DNA of 64,000 nt, taken from the NCBI GenBank assembly GCA_964566035.1, contig CAZMHH010000002.1, forward strand, positions 64,013-128,012. Reading direction: 5' to 3'. This DNA comes from an uncultured Thermodesulfobacteriota bacterium (lineage in GTDB: Bacteria; Desulfobacterota; WTBG01; CAIYCZ01; CAIRTM01). Within the stretch, counting starts at the first letter, position 1, and each line of letters opens with the position of its first letter. The notes beneath the pieces are model-generated. The model made no database searches and was not told the origin of the DNA. It saw only the letters and a program-made list of their open reading frames with translations. The translations under genes and the position numbers were made by a program. Shown here piece after piece: positions 30,500 to 39,710 of this stretch.

Positions 30500-30723
30500 G
30501 CAGTTACCTCCGTTAGAATTGGTTAAAGGGTTAATTCTTCCTATTAATATATATTATTAAGGTATATTTTTCAATAACAAAACGCCCCGTGAATAAATTA
30601 TAAACGGAGCAGTTGGTAAAAGGCTATATGTGATTATGGTATATACTGGGTAAACGATAGTTTGAAAATGATAACAAACAGAATAAGAGGGCAAAAGTAG
30701 ATAGTAAAAAATTCAAAAGAAGT

Positions 30724-31548
30724 TTATACCTTTTCAGTAGGTTGTTTTTTGCTAAAAAAGGCTGATTTAATGAAGACAAATGCCAAAACAGCGGCAAATA
30801 TCCAGCATAAAACAATTATTATGGAGAGAAGAGGGTTTTTGAGAAAGCCTGCTTTGTGAACTGTGCCAAAAACAGCAGCTGTCTTTTCTTCTGCATGACA
30901 ACTCATGCAGAGAGCTGTTTTTTCCTGCATTTTGCCGTGATTGACAGAATCAAAATGACAATCCATACAGTTGGCAGTTGTATTTGTACAGCCCAGGTTT
31001 TCCTTTCCGTGCCCTTTGATGCGGGTGGAAATAAAGGATAGATAAGGGGGGTCTGCCTCTTCAGGATGGCATGCGCCGCAGGTTTGGGCAATGTTATCGG
31101 GATGAACTGAAGAGGCCGGCTCATCAACAAGCATTACCTCATGGGTGGTGTGGCAGTCATAGCATTTTGGCGTGTCCGCTGCAAAACGGGGGTCAAGCAT
31201 GCTGTGGGTGCTTTTGTCAAAAGCCGCCTGAATATCCTCATGACATTCTGCACAGTTCACCTCGGGATATCCATCAGCAGGGTGCTCTTCAGGTGTTGCC
31301 TCTGTATGACAGTCAATACAGTTATAACCCATACTTCCGTGGATTGAGCTTAAGAAGGCGTCTTTATCAACAAACTGACTGACTTCTTTGCCTGTTTTTT
31401 CATCAACCCTTGTCAGGTTTCTGTCCTGATGACATTCAAGACATGCATCTATCTCGTAAGCGTAAGTACTTTCTGCACTCACCGAAAAGAAAATGGCTAT
31501 CAGCATAATAAAAATAAGAAGCACTATATTTTTTGATTTGACTGTCAT
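30724..31548 (-). CDS. Membrane-anchored heptaheme cytochrome c (periplasmic, C-terminal TM anchor)
   Basis: 274 aa. Signal peptide. Seven CxxCH motifs (CLECH, CIDCH, CAECH, CYDCH, CGACH, CMDCH, CMSCH). C-terminal hydrophobic helix LLSIIIVLCWIFAAVLAFVFI. Confidence 0.85.
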   Translation of the reverse strand: MTVKSKNIVLLIFIMLIAIFFSVSAESTYAYEIDACLECHQDRNLTRVDEKTGKEVSQFVDKDAFLSSIHGSMGYNCIDCHTEATPEEHPADGYPEVNCAECHEDIQAAFDKSTHSMLDPRFAADTPKCYDCHTTHEVMLVDEPASSVHPDNIAQTCGACHPEEADPPYLSFISTRIKGHGKENLGCTNTTANCMDCHFDSVNHGKMQEKTALCMSCHAEEKTAAVFGTVHKAGFLKNPLLSIIIVLCWIFAAVLAFVFIKSAFFSKKQPTEKV

Positions 31549-31559
31549 ATCTTTTTAAT

Positions 31560-33488
31560 TTACTCCATTGCCTTTAAAACAATTTCTGCGATATCAAGAC
31601 AAGAGACATCATCTGCTTTTTCCCTGACCTTTATCCCATCCTCAAACATGGTCAGACAGAAAGGACAGGCTGTTGCAACAGTATCAGGTAATTTTTCCAG
31701 AGCCTGATCTGTTCGCATCTCATTAATCCGTTGACCCATGTGCTCCTCCATCCACATCCTGCCCCCACCTGCTCCGCAGCAGAAACTCCTGTTTCTGTTT
31801 CTGTCCATCTCAACAAGGCTTAAGCCGTCGATGCCTTTCAAAAGCTCTCTTGGCTGGTCATAGATATTGTTGTATCTGCCAAGAAAACATGAGTCATGAT
31901 AAGCGATTTTTTTCTGCTCGGTCTTTTTTAATCTTATCTTCCCTGTCTTTACTAAATCAAGAATATATTCACTGTGATGATAAACCTCAAAATTTCCCCC
32001 ATGCTGAGGATACTCGTTTTTGAGCATATTATATCCATGAGGACATATTGCAACTATTTTTTTAATATTGTAATTGTTCATTACCGCTATGTTTTGCTGA
32101 ACAAGGGTATCGTAGAGGTATTCATTTCCAATCCTTCTCGCCGAATCCCCGCAGCAGCCCTCTTCTGAGCCAAGTATTACAAACTTAATTCCAGCCTTTT
32201 GCAAAATCTTTACTAAAGCTATAGATACCTTTTTATATCTGTCATCAAAAGCCCCTGCACAACCGACATAAAAGAGTATATCAAAATCTTCACTTTCTGC
32301 AGCTGTCTTTACCCCAAGGTCTTTTGCCCATTCTCCTCTTGAATGCGAACCCACTCCCCAAGGGTTGCTGTTATTTTCCATGTTTCTAAACACTGCCTGA
32401 ACCTCTTGAGGAAAGTTTGCCTCCATAAGTACAAGATACCTGCGCATTTCAATTGTCTTGTCAACGGTTGTTTCAAAAACAGGGCAGTGTTCATGACAGT
32501 TGAGACACATGGTGCATGACCATATTGTCTCATTTTCAATAATATCGCCTATCAATGCTCTGTTTGCAGCATCTTCTGATTTTGAAAACCCTTTATCCTC
32601 CATGTGTTTTTTTAAATCCTGAAGCAGTTTTTTTGGAGAGAGAGGTTTCTGGCTTAAATGTGCAGGGCAGTTATCCTGACATCTTCCGCACCGGGTACAG
32701 GCGTCAAGCTGAAAGAGCTGTTTTCTGGTAAACTCTTCAATGGTTGAAACCCCGAATGTTTCAGCGGTCTCAAAATCACTTATTGGCTCAATTACCCCCG
32801 GAGCGTCATATTTTCTTAGGAAAATCTGAACTGAAGAAGTAACGATATGAAAAAATTTGGTATAGGGAATAAATGCAATCAGAGCAAGAACAAGGATCAG
32901 GTGAATGCGCCATATAAGTGCATGTAACAGGGTTTGTGCCTCGTTTCCAAACGGAATAAAGAGGTATGAAAAAAGAAATCCTACAGGAGCATATTCCGCC
33001 CCCTGCCCGGTAATTGCAAGGCGAAGCCCCTCAATGCAGAAACCAAAGAATATGATGGCAAAAAGCCAGATGAGCGCTACAGCGTCTTCTGTTTTTGTAT
33101 CGCTTAATCGGTCGGGTTTTTGAATATATCTGCGGTAGGCAGCAAAGGCAATTGCCATAATCCCCAAGGCGCCGATTATGTCAAGAAACAAAGAGAATCC
33201 ATTTGCAATGTTTTGAGGGAGTTGAAAACGCAGGTTGACAGCAAATATTACAAGCAAAGGAATAATGCATGCTAAAAAAATAAGAAGATGCATTATTCCC
33301 GGATATTTCTCTTTTAATATCCTGCCATGACCTATGGCATACACAAAAAAATCTTTTATGCGCAATGCTGTGTTGCCTTGCGCATCGGAGCTTTTGCCCA
33401 TGTTCCAGAGTCTGAATCTTCTTGCGATTCCTGCTGAACATATTATCAGGGCAAGTATAACCAAAAGGGGGTCGATTAAAGAGAGCAT
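31560..33488 (-). CDS. Membrane-bound FeS oxidoreductase: N-terminal multi-TM cytochrome-b-like domain fused to an HdrD-like 2x[4Fe-4S] + 2xCCG domain (ETF:menaquinone-oxidoreductase 'EMO'/DUF224 type)
   Basis: 642 aa. About 5-6 transmembrane helices with conserved His residues. Ferredoxin motifs CTRCGRCQDNCP and CTMCLNCHEHCP. Two cysteine-rich CCG domains (..CCGDSARRIGNE.., ..FCCGAGGGRMWMEEH..). Sits immediately downstream of etfBA. Confidence 0.8.
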   Translation of the reverse strand: MLSLIDPLLVILALIICSAGIARRFRLWNMGKSSDAQGNTALRIKDFFVYAIGHGRILKEKYPGIMHLLIFLACIIPLLVIFAVNLRFQLPQNIANGFSLFLDIIGALGIMAIAFAAYRRYIQKPDRLSDTKTEDAVALIWLFAIIFFGFCIEGLRLAITGQGAEYAPVGFLFSYLFIPFGNEAQTLLHALIWRIHLILVLALIAFIPYTKFFHIVTSSVQIFLRKYDAPGVIEPISDFETAETFGVSTIEEFTRKQLFQLDACTRCGRCQDNCPAHLSQKPLSPKKLLQDLKKHMEDKGFSKSEDAANRALIGDIIENETIWSCTMCLNCHEHCPVFETTVDKTIEMRRYLVLMEANFPQEVQAVFRNMENNSNPWGVGSHSRGEWAKDLGVKTAAESEDFDILFYVGCAGAFDDRYKKVSIALVKILQKAGIKFVILGSEEGCCGDSARRIGNEYLYDTLVQQNIAVMNNYNIKKIVAICPHGYNMLKNEYPQHGGNFEVYHHSEYILDLVKTGKIRLKKTEQKKIAYHDSCFLGRYNNIYDQPRELLKGIDGLSLVEMDRNRNRSFCCGAGGGRMWMEEHMGQRINEMRTDQALEKLPDTVATACPFCLTMFEDGIKVREKADDVSCLDIAEIVLKAME

Positions 33489-33585
33489 AATCTGATTTCT
33501 TTGAAGAGGTTAATTATCAAATATAATTGAAACAACTCCAGGTACGGTCGAAAATATGTATCTGGAGTTGTTTTTTGTTTTCAAA

Positions 33586-34578
33586 TCAGTCTGCAAGCAT
33601 CTTTTTGAGTTCTTCTGTCAAAGGCGGAACAATTTTAAACAGATCATCAACCACGCCGTAATCGCATTTTGAGAATATCGGAGCCTCTTCGTCTTTATTG
33701 ATTGAAACTATGATTTTTGATGTACCCATTCCTGCATAGTGCTGAATAGCGCCTGAAATACCGCATGCAATGTAGAGGTTGGGGGAAACAACCTTTCCTG
33801 TCTGTCCAACCTGGTCTGATACAGGTCTCCATCCGGCATCAACTGCTGCTCGGGAAGCGCCGACTGTAGCTCCAATAACTTCAGCAAGCTCTTCAAGCAT
33901 CTTGTAGTTTTCAGCGCCCTTCATTCCTCTTCCTCCTGAAACAATTATTTCAGCCTCAGTAAGGTCAACCTTCCCTGCCGCGGTTTTTAAAACTTCAACA
34001 ACCTTTACCCTGATATCACTTTCGGAGATCTCTGGAGCAACATTAACAACCTCTGCGCTTTTGGATGTGTCAGGCTCTGCCGCGATTAATACATTCGGTC
34101 TTATTGACGCAATGCTTATATCAGTGTTTTGAAAGCTGACTTCGCAATATGCTTTTCCTGCATACATTGGTCTTTTTACAGATATATTGTCGTCATCGCC
34201 AAGCTTTAAATCAACGCAGTCTGATGCAAGACCTGCTCCTACACGGGCCGCTACTTTCGGAGACAGATCCCTTCCCAGCACGGTTGCGCCAAACAACACA
34301 GTAGAAGGCTGTTCCTTTGTTATAAGGTCACATAATGCCTTTGCATAGGCATCTGTTGTATACTGTTTGAGAAGATCATGTTCAACAATATATACTTTTT
34401 CAGCTCCATAGGGAGCAAACTTTTCTGCCAGAGCTCCTATGTCTTTTCCAAGGCATACAGCGCAAAGGGGCTCACCTTTTTTATCTGCTATCTTTCTGGC
34501 TTCACTTAAAATTTCAAAAGCAACTTTTCTAAGCTTGCCTTCTTCCTGCTCTGCAAATACCCAAATTCCTTTTCCCAT
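33586..34578 (-). CDS. etfA: Electron transfer flavoprotein alpha subunit
   Basis: 330 aa. The FAD-binding C-terminal domain ([39 protein letters not shown]) is characteristic of EtfA. Confidence 0.9.
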   Translation of the reverse strand: MGKGIWVFAEQEEGKLRKVAFEILSEARKIADKKGEPLCAVCLGKDIGALAEKFAPYGAEKVYIVEHDLLKQYTTDAYAKALCDLITKEQPSTVLFGATVLGRDLSPKVAARVGAGLASDCVDLKLGDDDNISVKRPMYAGKAYCEVSFQNTDISIASIRPNVLIAAEPDTSKSAEVVNVAPEISESDIRVKVVEVLKTAAGKVDLTEAEIIVSGGRGMKGAENYKMLEELAEVIGATVGASRAAVDAGWRPVSDQVGQTGKVVSPNLYIACGISGAIQHYAGMGTSKIIVSINKDEEAPIFSKCDYGVVDDLFKIVPPLTEELKKMLAD

Positions 34579-34612
34579 TTTTGTATCTCCTATATTTTTT
34601 TGTGGTCAACAG

Positions 34613-35425
34613 TTAAATTATTTTTGCTTCTTCTCTTAATGCCTTTGCAAGGTTTGCCGCTTTTTCTTCAGGACTTTCTCCCTGAATAATTTTTGCGGCT
34701 GTTCTTGCCGGAGGTGAAGAGAAATTGCCTGCTTTTGTTTTTGAGCCTGCAGCTCCAACGGTTGCAGTGTCAATTCCAAGGTCGGCTGCTTTTACAGGAT
34801 TAAGGGGTTTTTTCTTTGCTTTCATTATGCCGGGAAGGGAAGCATATCTTGGCTCATTGAGGCCTTTCTGAGTTGTTATAACACAAGGTACGGGCATTTC
34901 AAGAACCTCTTCTCCGCCGACAATCTGTCTGTGTACTTTAACACTCTTTTTGTCTTCGCCAACCTCTACTTTTATTACAAGTGAGGCATGTGGAATATTA
35001 AGATGTTCAGCAAGAGCTACTCCGACCTGTCCCTGGTCGTCATCGATAGCCTGCTTGCCGCAGAATATAAGGTCATACTCCATTTTTTTAATCTGCTCAG
35101 CAAGTATCTTTGCTGTAGTCATAGCGTCGCTTCCGTCAAAAGCAGGATCGTCAAGGTGATATGCATTATCAGCGCCCATTGCAAGACCTGTTCTTATCGC
35201 CTCAACACTGCGTGCCGGCCCAAGACATACAAGAGATACAGCACCTGCACCTGCTTTTTCTTTCTGCTGTAAAGCTTCCTCAATTCCAAACTCATCATAA
35301 GGGCTGATAATAAATTTAACCCCGTCGAGCACAACATCTGATCCGTCAGATTTTACACGGATCTGGGCTTCTGTGTCAGGAACCTGTTTTAAACATACAA
35401 TACTGTTCACATCATCCTCCATCAA
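34613..35425 (-). CDS. etfB: Electron transfer flavoprotein beta subunit
   Basis: 270 aa. N-terminal IVCLKQVPDTE and the ...DLIFCGKQAIDDD... motif are typical of EtfB. Confidence 0.9.
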   Translation of the reverse strand: MMEDDVNSIVCLKQVPDTEAQIRVKSDGSDVVLDGVKFIISPYDEFGIEEALQQKEKAGAGAVSLVCLGPARSVEAIRTGLAMGADNAYHLDDPAFDGSDAMTTAKILAEQIKKMEYDLIFCGKQAIDDDQGQVGVALAEHLNIPHASLVIKVEVGEDKKSVKVHRQIVGGEEVLEMPVPCVITTQKGLNEPRYASLPGIMKAKKKPLNPVKAADLGIDTATVGAAGSKTKAGNFSSPPARTAAKIIQGESPEEKAANLAKALREEAKII

Positions 35426-35832
35426 TTAAGTTTATTCTTTGGTTAAGTGGTTTTTAATTTAAAATTTTATCATATAAATGTGAATAATTTCAATAGTAAT
35501 TTAAAAGACAGCAATTGAGCTAAAGCCTGGTAACACAAAGAAGATCTTCTGATAAGTAAAAACAAAATTATAACAAGGCTTAAACCAGAAATGCCGGGTG
35601 CGGGGTTTATCTTTTAGCCTGGTTGTTGTGTTTACTTTATCTATATATATTATTTTTCTTTGTTTTTCTTATCTTATCAGAGGATAATTAAGGCAAACAT
35701 TATGCCAGTTAGCCCTTCAAAAAAAAGGGGATAATTATCTAAAAAAACAACAGTTTTGTATATGCGGGGTGATTCGGCAAGTGACAGTTTGTCAAAACAG
35801 TAAAAATATGGAATACGTTTGCCAAAAAAGGG

Positions 35833-37221
35833 TCAGTCGTCTTCGTCCATTCTTCTGTAAAGTGTTCTGGCAGAAACCCCGAGAATCTTTGAAGCGATAT
35901 TTTTATTGCCCTTTGAGTGTTTGAGTGTTTCGTTTATAACCATGTTTTCGATATCCTTAAGCGAAAGCTTGCCGATCGGGATATTCAGAACTTTTCCTTT
36001 CACCACCATGCTGTCCTGTTTTGAGCAGGAACTGACTATATCTTCGGGCAGATCTGATGTGGTTATTATGTCGTTTCTGGTCAGCACAACAGAGCGTTCA
36101 ATGGTGTTTTCCAGTTCCCTTACATTGCCGGGCCATGAATAAGCTGAAAGAATTGTCATAACATCATGGGAGATTGATTTTACGTTCTTTTCATTTTTTT
36201 TATTATAAATTTTCAGGAAATGATCTGCTAAAAGAGGAACATCCTCCTTTCTGTTTCTTAGGGGCGGTATATCAATGTTTATAACATTGAGCCTGTAGTA
36301 GAGATCTTCCCTGAACATCTTGTTTTCAACAAGTTCTTTAAGGGAGGCATTTGTTGCAGCTATGAGCCTTACATCAGCCTTCATTGTCCTGCCGCCTCCA
36401 AGTCTTTCAAATTCACCGCTTTGGAGCACCCTGAGAAGCTTTACCTGAACCGAAGGATTAATATCTCCAACCTCATCAAGAAAAAGAGTTCCGCCGTGAG
36501 AGAGCTCAAACCGGCCCTCCTTTTTTGAAAGAGCTCCTGTAAAAGCCCCTCTTTCATATCCAAAAAGCTCAGCCTCAAGCAGTGTCTCGGGAAGTGCTGC
36601 ACAGCTTACCTTCACAAATCTTTTGTCCCGTCTCGGGCTCATATTATGAATTGCTTTTGCAACAACCTCTTTTCCCACCCCGCTTTCACCTGTTATAAGA
36701 ATGGTCGCGGTGCTTGGAGCAACCTGAGAGAGCATTTCCATAAGATTTCTAAACGGCAGGCTTTTGCCTATTACCTGATTGTGAATTTCTATATCTTTGA
36801 GTCTTTCATGCAGATATCTGTTCTCCATGACAAGATTTTGTTTTTCGATAGCTTTTTTAAGAACCCTTAAAACAGTATTTTTATTAAAAGGTTTTTGAAT
36901 AAACTCAAAAGCACCTTCCTTCATAACCTCAACAGCCACTTCAACAGTGGCATGACCTGTTATGAGTATAACTTCAATATCCGGGGATATTGTCTTCGCG
37001 ATTCTTAACAGTTCTGCTCCATCTACCCCGGGCATTTTCAAATCAGTCAGAAGGACTGCAATATCATTTTTTTGAAGAATCTTTACAGCCTCATTTCCGT
37101 CCTGGGCGGTTATTACAATAAAATCCTCTTTTTGCAGAATTTTGGTTGCGGCTTCCCTTATACCAGGGTTGTCATCTGCTACAAGTATAACAGGCTTATT
37201 GGAGTTTTTTACATGCAACAT
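35833..37221 (-). CDS. Sigma-54-dependent response regulator (NtrC family: REC-AAA+-HTH)
   Basis: 462 aa. REC domain (ILVADDNP...AVLLTDLKMPGVDG). AAA+ Walker A GESGVGKE, the GAFTGA sigma-54 contact loop, and a C-terminal Fis-type HTH. Confidence 0.9.
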   Translation of the reverse strand: MLHVKNSNKPVILVADDNPGIREAATKILQKEDFIVITAQDGNEAVKILQKNDIAVLLTDLKMPGVDGAELLRIAKTISPDIEVILITGHATVEVAVEVMKEGAFEFIQKPFNKNTVLRVLKKAIEKQNLVMENRYLHERLKDIEIHNQVIGKSLPFRNLMEMLSQVAPSTATILITGESGVGKEVVAKAIHNMSPRRDKRFVKVSCAALPETLLEAELFGYERGAFTGALSKKEGRFELSHGGTLFLDEVGDINPSVQVKLLRVLQSGEFERLGGGRTMKADVRLIAATNASLKELVENKMFREDLYYRLNVINIDIPPLRNRKEDVPLLADHFLKIYNKKNEKNVKSISHDVMTILSAYSWPGNVRELENTIERSVVLTRNDIITTSDLPEDIVSSCSKQDSMVVKGKVLNIPIGKLSLKDIENMVINETLKHSKGNKNIASKILGVSARTLYRRMDEDD

Positions 37222-39368
37222 TACTCTTCTGATCCCTCTCTGTCTTTACTCCAGCATGGAACCCTGATTGTAAAGTAAGTTCCCTGTCCCTCAATGCTGT
37301 GGCATGAAATATATCCCTTATGTTCATAAATTATATGTTGTGTTATTGAGAGTCCAAGTCCTGTTCCGCCTTTTCTTAATGAGAAAAAAGGGGTAAAAAT
37401 CCTGTCAGTGTATTGGCTTGGTATCCCGCAGCCTGAATCTTTGAACACTATTTCTATATCCTGTTCCGCTGTTTTTGTAGAGACCTCTATAACACCGCCG
37501 GTATTCATTGAATCAACAGCGTTTCTGATAATATTGAGAAATGCCCTTCTGATCTGGGCCTTGTCAACAAAGGCAAAAGGCAGATCGTATTCAAAGTTTG
37601 TTTTAAAGATGATTTTTTTTCTCCTAAGCTCTTCTTCAAGCAACTCAAAAAGCTCTTCAATTATTGAGTGAATATCGTTCTTATCCGGACTTATTTTTGG
37701 AAAACGCGTACATTCAAGATATTCGTTAAGCACCTTATGAAGACTTTCTATTTCTGTTTTAATTGAGTCAAGAAGATTTTGAGCTTCCGAAATATCAGTC
37801 TCAACATAGGATTTTATTTCATCCTCAAGAAGATCAATATTGAGGGTAAGCGAGCCAAGCGGGTTTCTTATTTCATGGGCAACCTGAGCGGACATTTTTA
37901 CTATCATAGCTTTTCGTTCATGCTGTATAAGTTCTGATCTTAAAGCCATTTCCTTTGTAACATCTTTTACACATTCAGCAACGCGAATTGTTTTGCCGTC
38001 TTTGTCTTTCAACGGAAATGCATTCAGATGAAAATAAAATTTTCTGCCGCCAAGAACAATGCTAACCCTTTCCCTGAAAGCAGGTTTTCCTGTCTCAAAT
38101 GTTTCTCTTGCAGGGCAGCCTTCACAGAGAGAGTCCTGCTGGGTAAATACCTTGTAACATGCGAGGCCCTTGAAATCTTCAGGTTGTTTCCCGTGCCATT
38201 TGGCAACTGCCTGGTTGACCATAAGAACACGGTAGTTTCTGTCAACAATAGAAATACCGTCTGTTATTCCGTCAAAAACTTCCTGAGACCAGGTCAGTTC
38301 CTGCATAAAAAGATGTTTTCTTTTCTCCTGAACGCTTAAAAGAAGAGCTCCAGATAATATAACAATAATAAAAATTCCGGAAAAAACAATGGGCCATAAA
38401 AGACTTTCCATAAGAGCAGACATTGCTTCCCTGTAAGGAGCTGCAACCCCTATTGACCATGAAAGGTTATGAAAGGTTATGGGGCTGTAGGCTATAAGTT
38501 TTTTTGTGAGTTTTTTTTCTCCAAAATGCCAGCCTGTATATTCACCGCTTCCTTCTTCCCCCTTTGTCATTTCAAGATTTATAATAGTCTCGAGATTAAA
38601 TGAGGAATATTCGGGCCATAAACCCTGGAGAATTTCTATTGCATCTCTGCCCTCCATCTCCTTGCTGGGGTGAGAAATAAGCATGCCTTTGTCATCAATA
38701 ATCCAGGCATACCCTGTTTTGCCAGATTTAACAGGATAAACAAATTTATCCTTTATTGCATTAAAATCAGGGATTGTGCAGAGCCATCCGGAAAAATCCC
38801 CTGTCCTGACTCCAAGAATAAAGGAAAGCTTTCTTTCTTGTCCGGTTTCAAAAAAAGCAACTTTGGAAATTATTAAATCATCTGTTTGTTTAGAATCCGA
38901 AATAAATTTTTTCAGATCAAATTTATACAGTTGATCTACATCAACTGTTTCAGGGTAGGCAGCTGATATATTCCCTTGATTGTTCAGAATAAAAAAAGCT
39001 TCAATTACGTCCATCTGATTATTAAAAAGAGATTCAAGAACTTTTTTTTCAGGGGAATAGGGTATTATGTCAGAGGCTGTTCTAAGGGTTATCTCAATGC
39101 TCCGAAGGGCTCCTAAAACACTTTTAGCGGATTCTTTAACAAGATAAAGTTGCTGGTCGTTGAACGATGCAGCTGTTTTTTCGACAACGATTCTTTGACT
39201 GTTAAAAGCAATAAGCAGAATACCGCCAATGATTATAAAAGCGGCAATCCATATACTTTTTATCTCTGTTTTTATTCGGGGCAAGCTGCTATCTCCGGCA
39301 AAAGGTTTTCTTGAAAAAAAAGCACCTCTTTCAATACAAATAGTAATAGAAAGAAGAAGAAAAATCAA
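37221..39368 (-). CDS. Sensor histidine kinase with periplasmic Cache-like sensor domain and cytoplasmic PAS domain
   Basis: 715 aa. Two transmembrane helices flank a periplasmic domain of about 270 aa. PAS region with Cys-rich CYKVFTQQDSLCEGC. H-box HEIRNPLGSL and G-boxes DSGCGIP and GGTGLGL. Its stop overlaps the regulator start by 1 nt. Confidence 0.85.
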   Translation of the reverse strand: MIFLLLSITICIERGAFFSRKPFAGDSSLPRIKTEIKSIWIAAFIIIGGILLIAFNSQRIVVEKTAASFNDQQLYLVKESAKSVLGALRSIEITLRTASDIIPYSPEKKVLESLFNNQMDVIEAFFILNNQGNISAAYPETVDVDQLYKFDLKKFISDSKQTDDLIISKVAFFETGQERKLSFILGVRTGDFSGWLCTIPDFNAIKDKFVYPVKSGKTGYAWIIDDKGMLISHPSKEMEGRDAIEILQGLWPEYSSFNLETIINLEMTKGEEGSGEYTGWHFGEKKLTKKLIAYSPITFHNLSWSIGVAAPYREAMSALMESLLWPIVFSGIFIIVILSGALLLSVQEKRKHLFMQELTWSQEVFDGITDGISIVDRNYRVLMVNQAVAKWHGKQPEDFKGLACYKVFTQQDSLCEGCPARETFETGKPAFRERVSIVLGGRKFYFHLNAFPLKDKDGKTIRVAECVKDVTKEMALRSELIQHERKAMIVKMSAQVAHEIRNPLGSLTLNIDLLEDEIKSYVETDISEAQNLLDSIKTEIESLHKVLNEYLECTRFPKISPDKNDIHSIIEELFELLEEELRRKKIIFKTNFEYDLPFAFVDKAQIRRAFLNIIRNAVDSMNTGGVIEVSTKTAEQDIEIVFKDSGCGIPSQYTDRIFTPFFSLRKGGTGLGLSITQHIIYEHKGYISCHSIEGQGTYFTIRVPCWSKDREGSEE

Positions 39369-39630
39369 CTATTAGATTGATAAGACAAGTCTTACAGGAA
39401 AAGTAATAAGGTTAAGCCAGGTTGAAGCAGCACAAGGGATCAGGTATAGGCAAAAACAGAAAAGCTTATCTTAGGGAATTGAAGCTTTGTCTAAAAAGAA
39501 TATTGAGGTGAAATAGTTTTTGTGATTGTGTTTTGAAAAGAGTAAACAGATTAAAGCTGGATTCATTCATCCATCGAATATTTTTGAAGCTACGATGGCC
39601 ATAGTCTATTTATTGTTTTAACCAAAATAT

Positions 39631-39675
39631 AAAAAAGCGTGTAAAGGGATAAATATCCCGTTCACACGCTTTTTT
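39631..39675 (-). terminator. Rho-independent terminator downstream of acs
   Basis: Plus strand reads AAAAAAGCGTGTAAAGGGATA-aa-TATCCCGTTCACACGCTTTTTT. This is a 15-bp imperfect GC-containing stem flanked by an A-run and a T-run, giving poly-U on the minus strand immediately after the acs stop at 39711. Confidence 0.7.
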
Positions 39676-39710
39676 ATTAGACTAAACCGCCTTGTAAGGT
39701 TTTATTACAA

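Noticed and set aside
30624-30815. 63-aa ORF overlapping the 3' end of the heptaheme cytochrome gene
   Set aside because: Overlaps the cytochrome's C-terminal TM-anchor codons in another frame. No independent signal.
35426-35832. Search for a sigma-54 (-24 GG / -12 GC) promoter upstream of etfB
   Set aside because: No element with correct GG-N10-GC spacing found by eye on either strand. It cannot be asserted without a PWM scan.
38461-38480. Exact 10-bp tandem duplication GAAAGGTTAT x2
   Set aside because: Falls inside the histidine-kinase CDS and reads in frame (…ITFHNLSWS…). Too short and isolated to be a repeat element.
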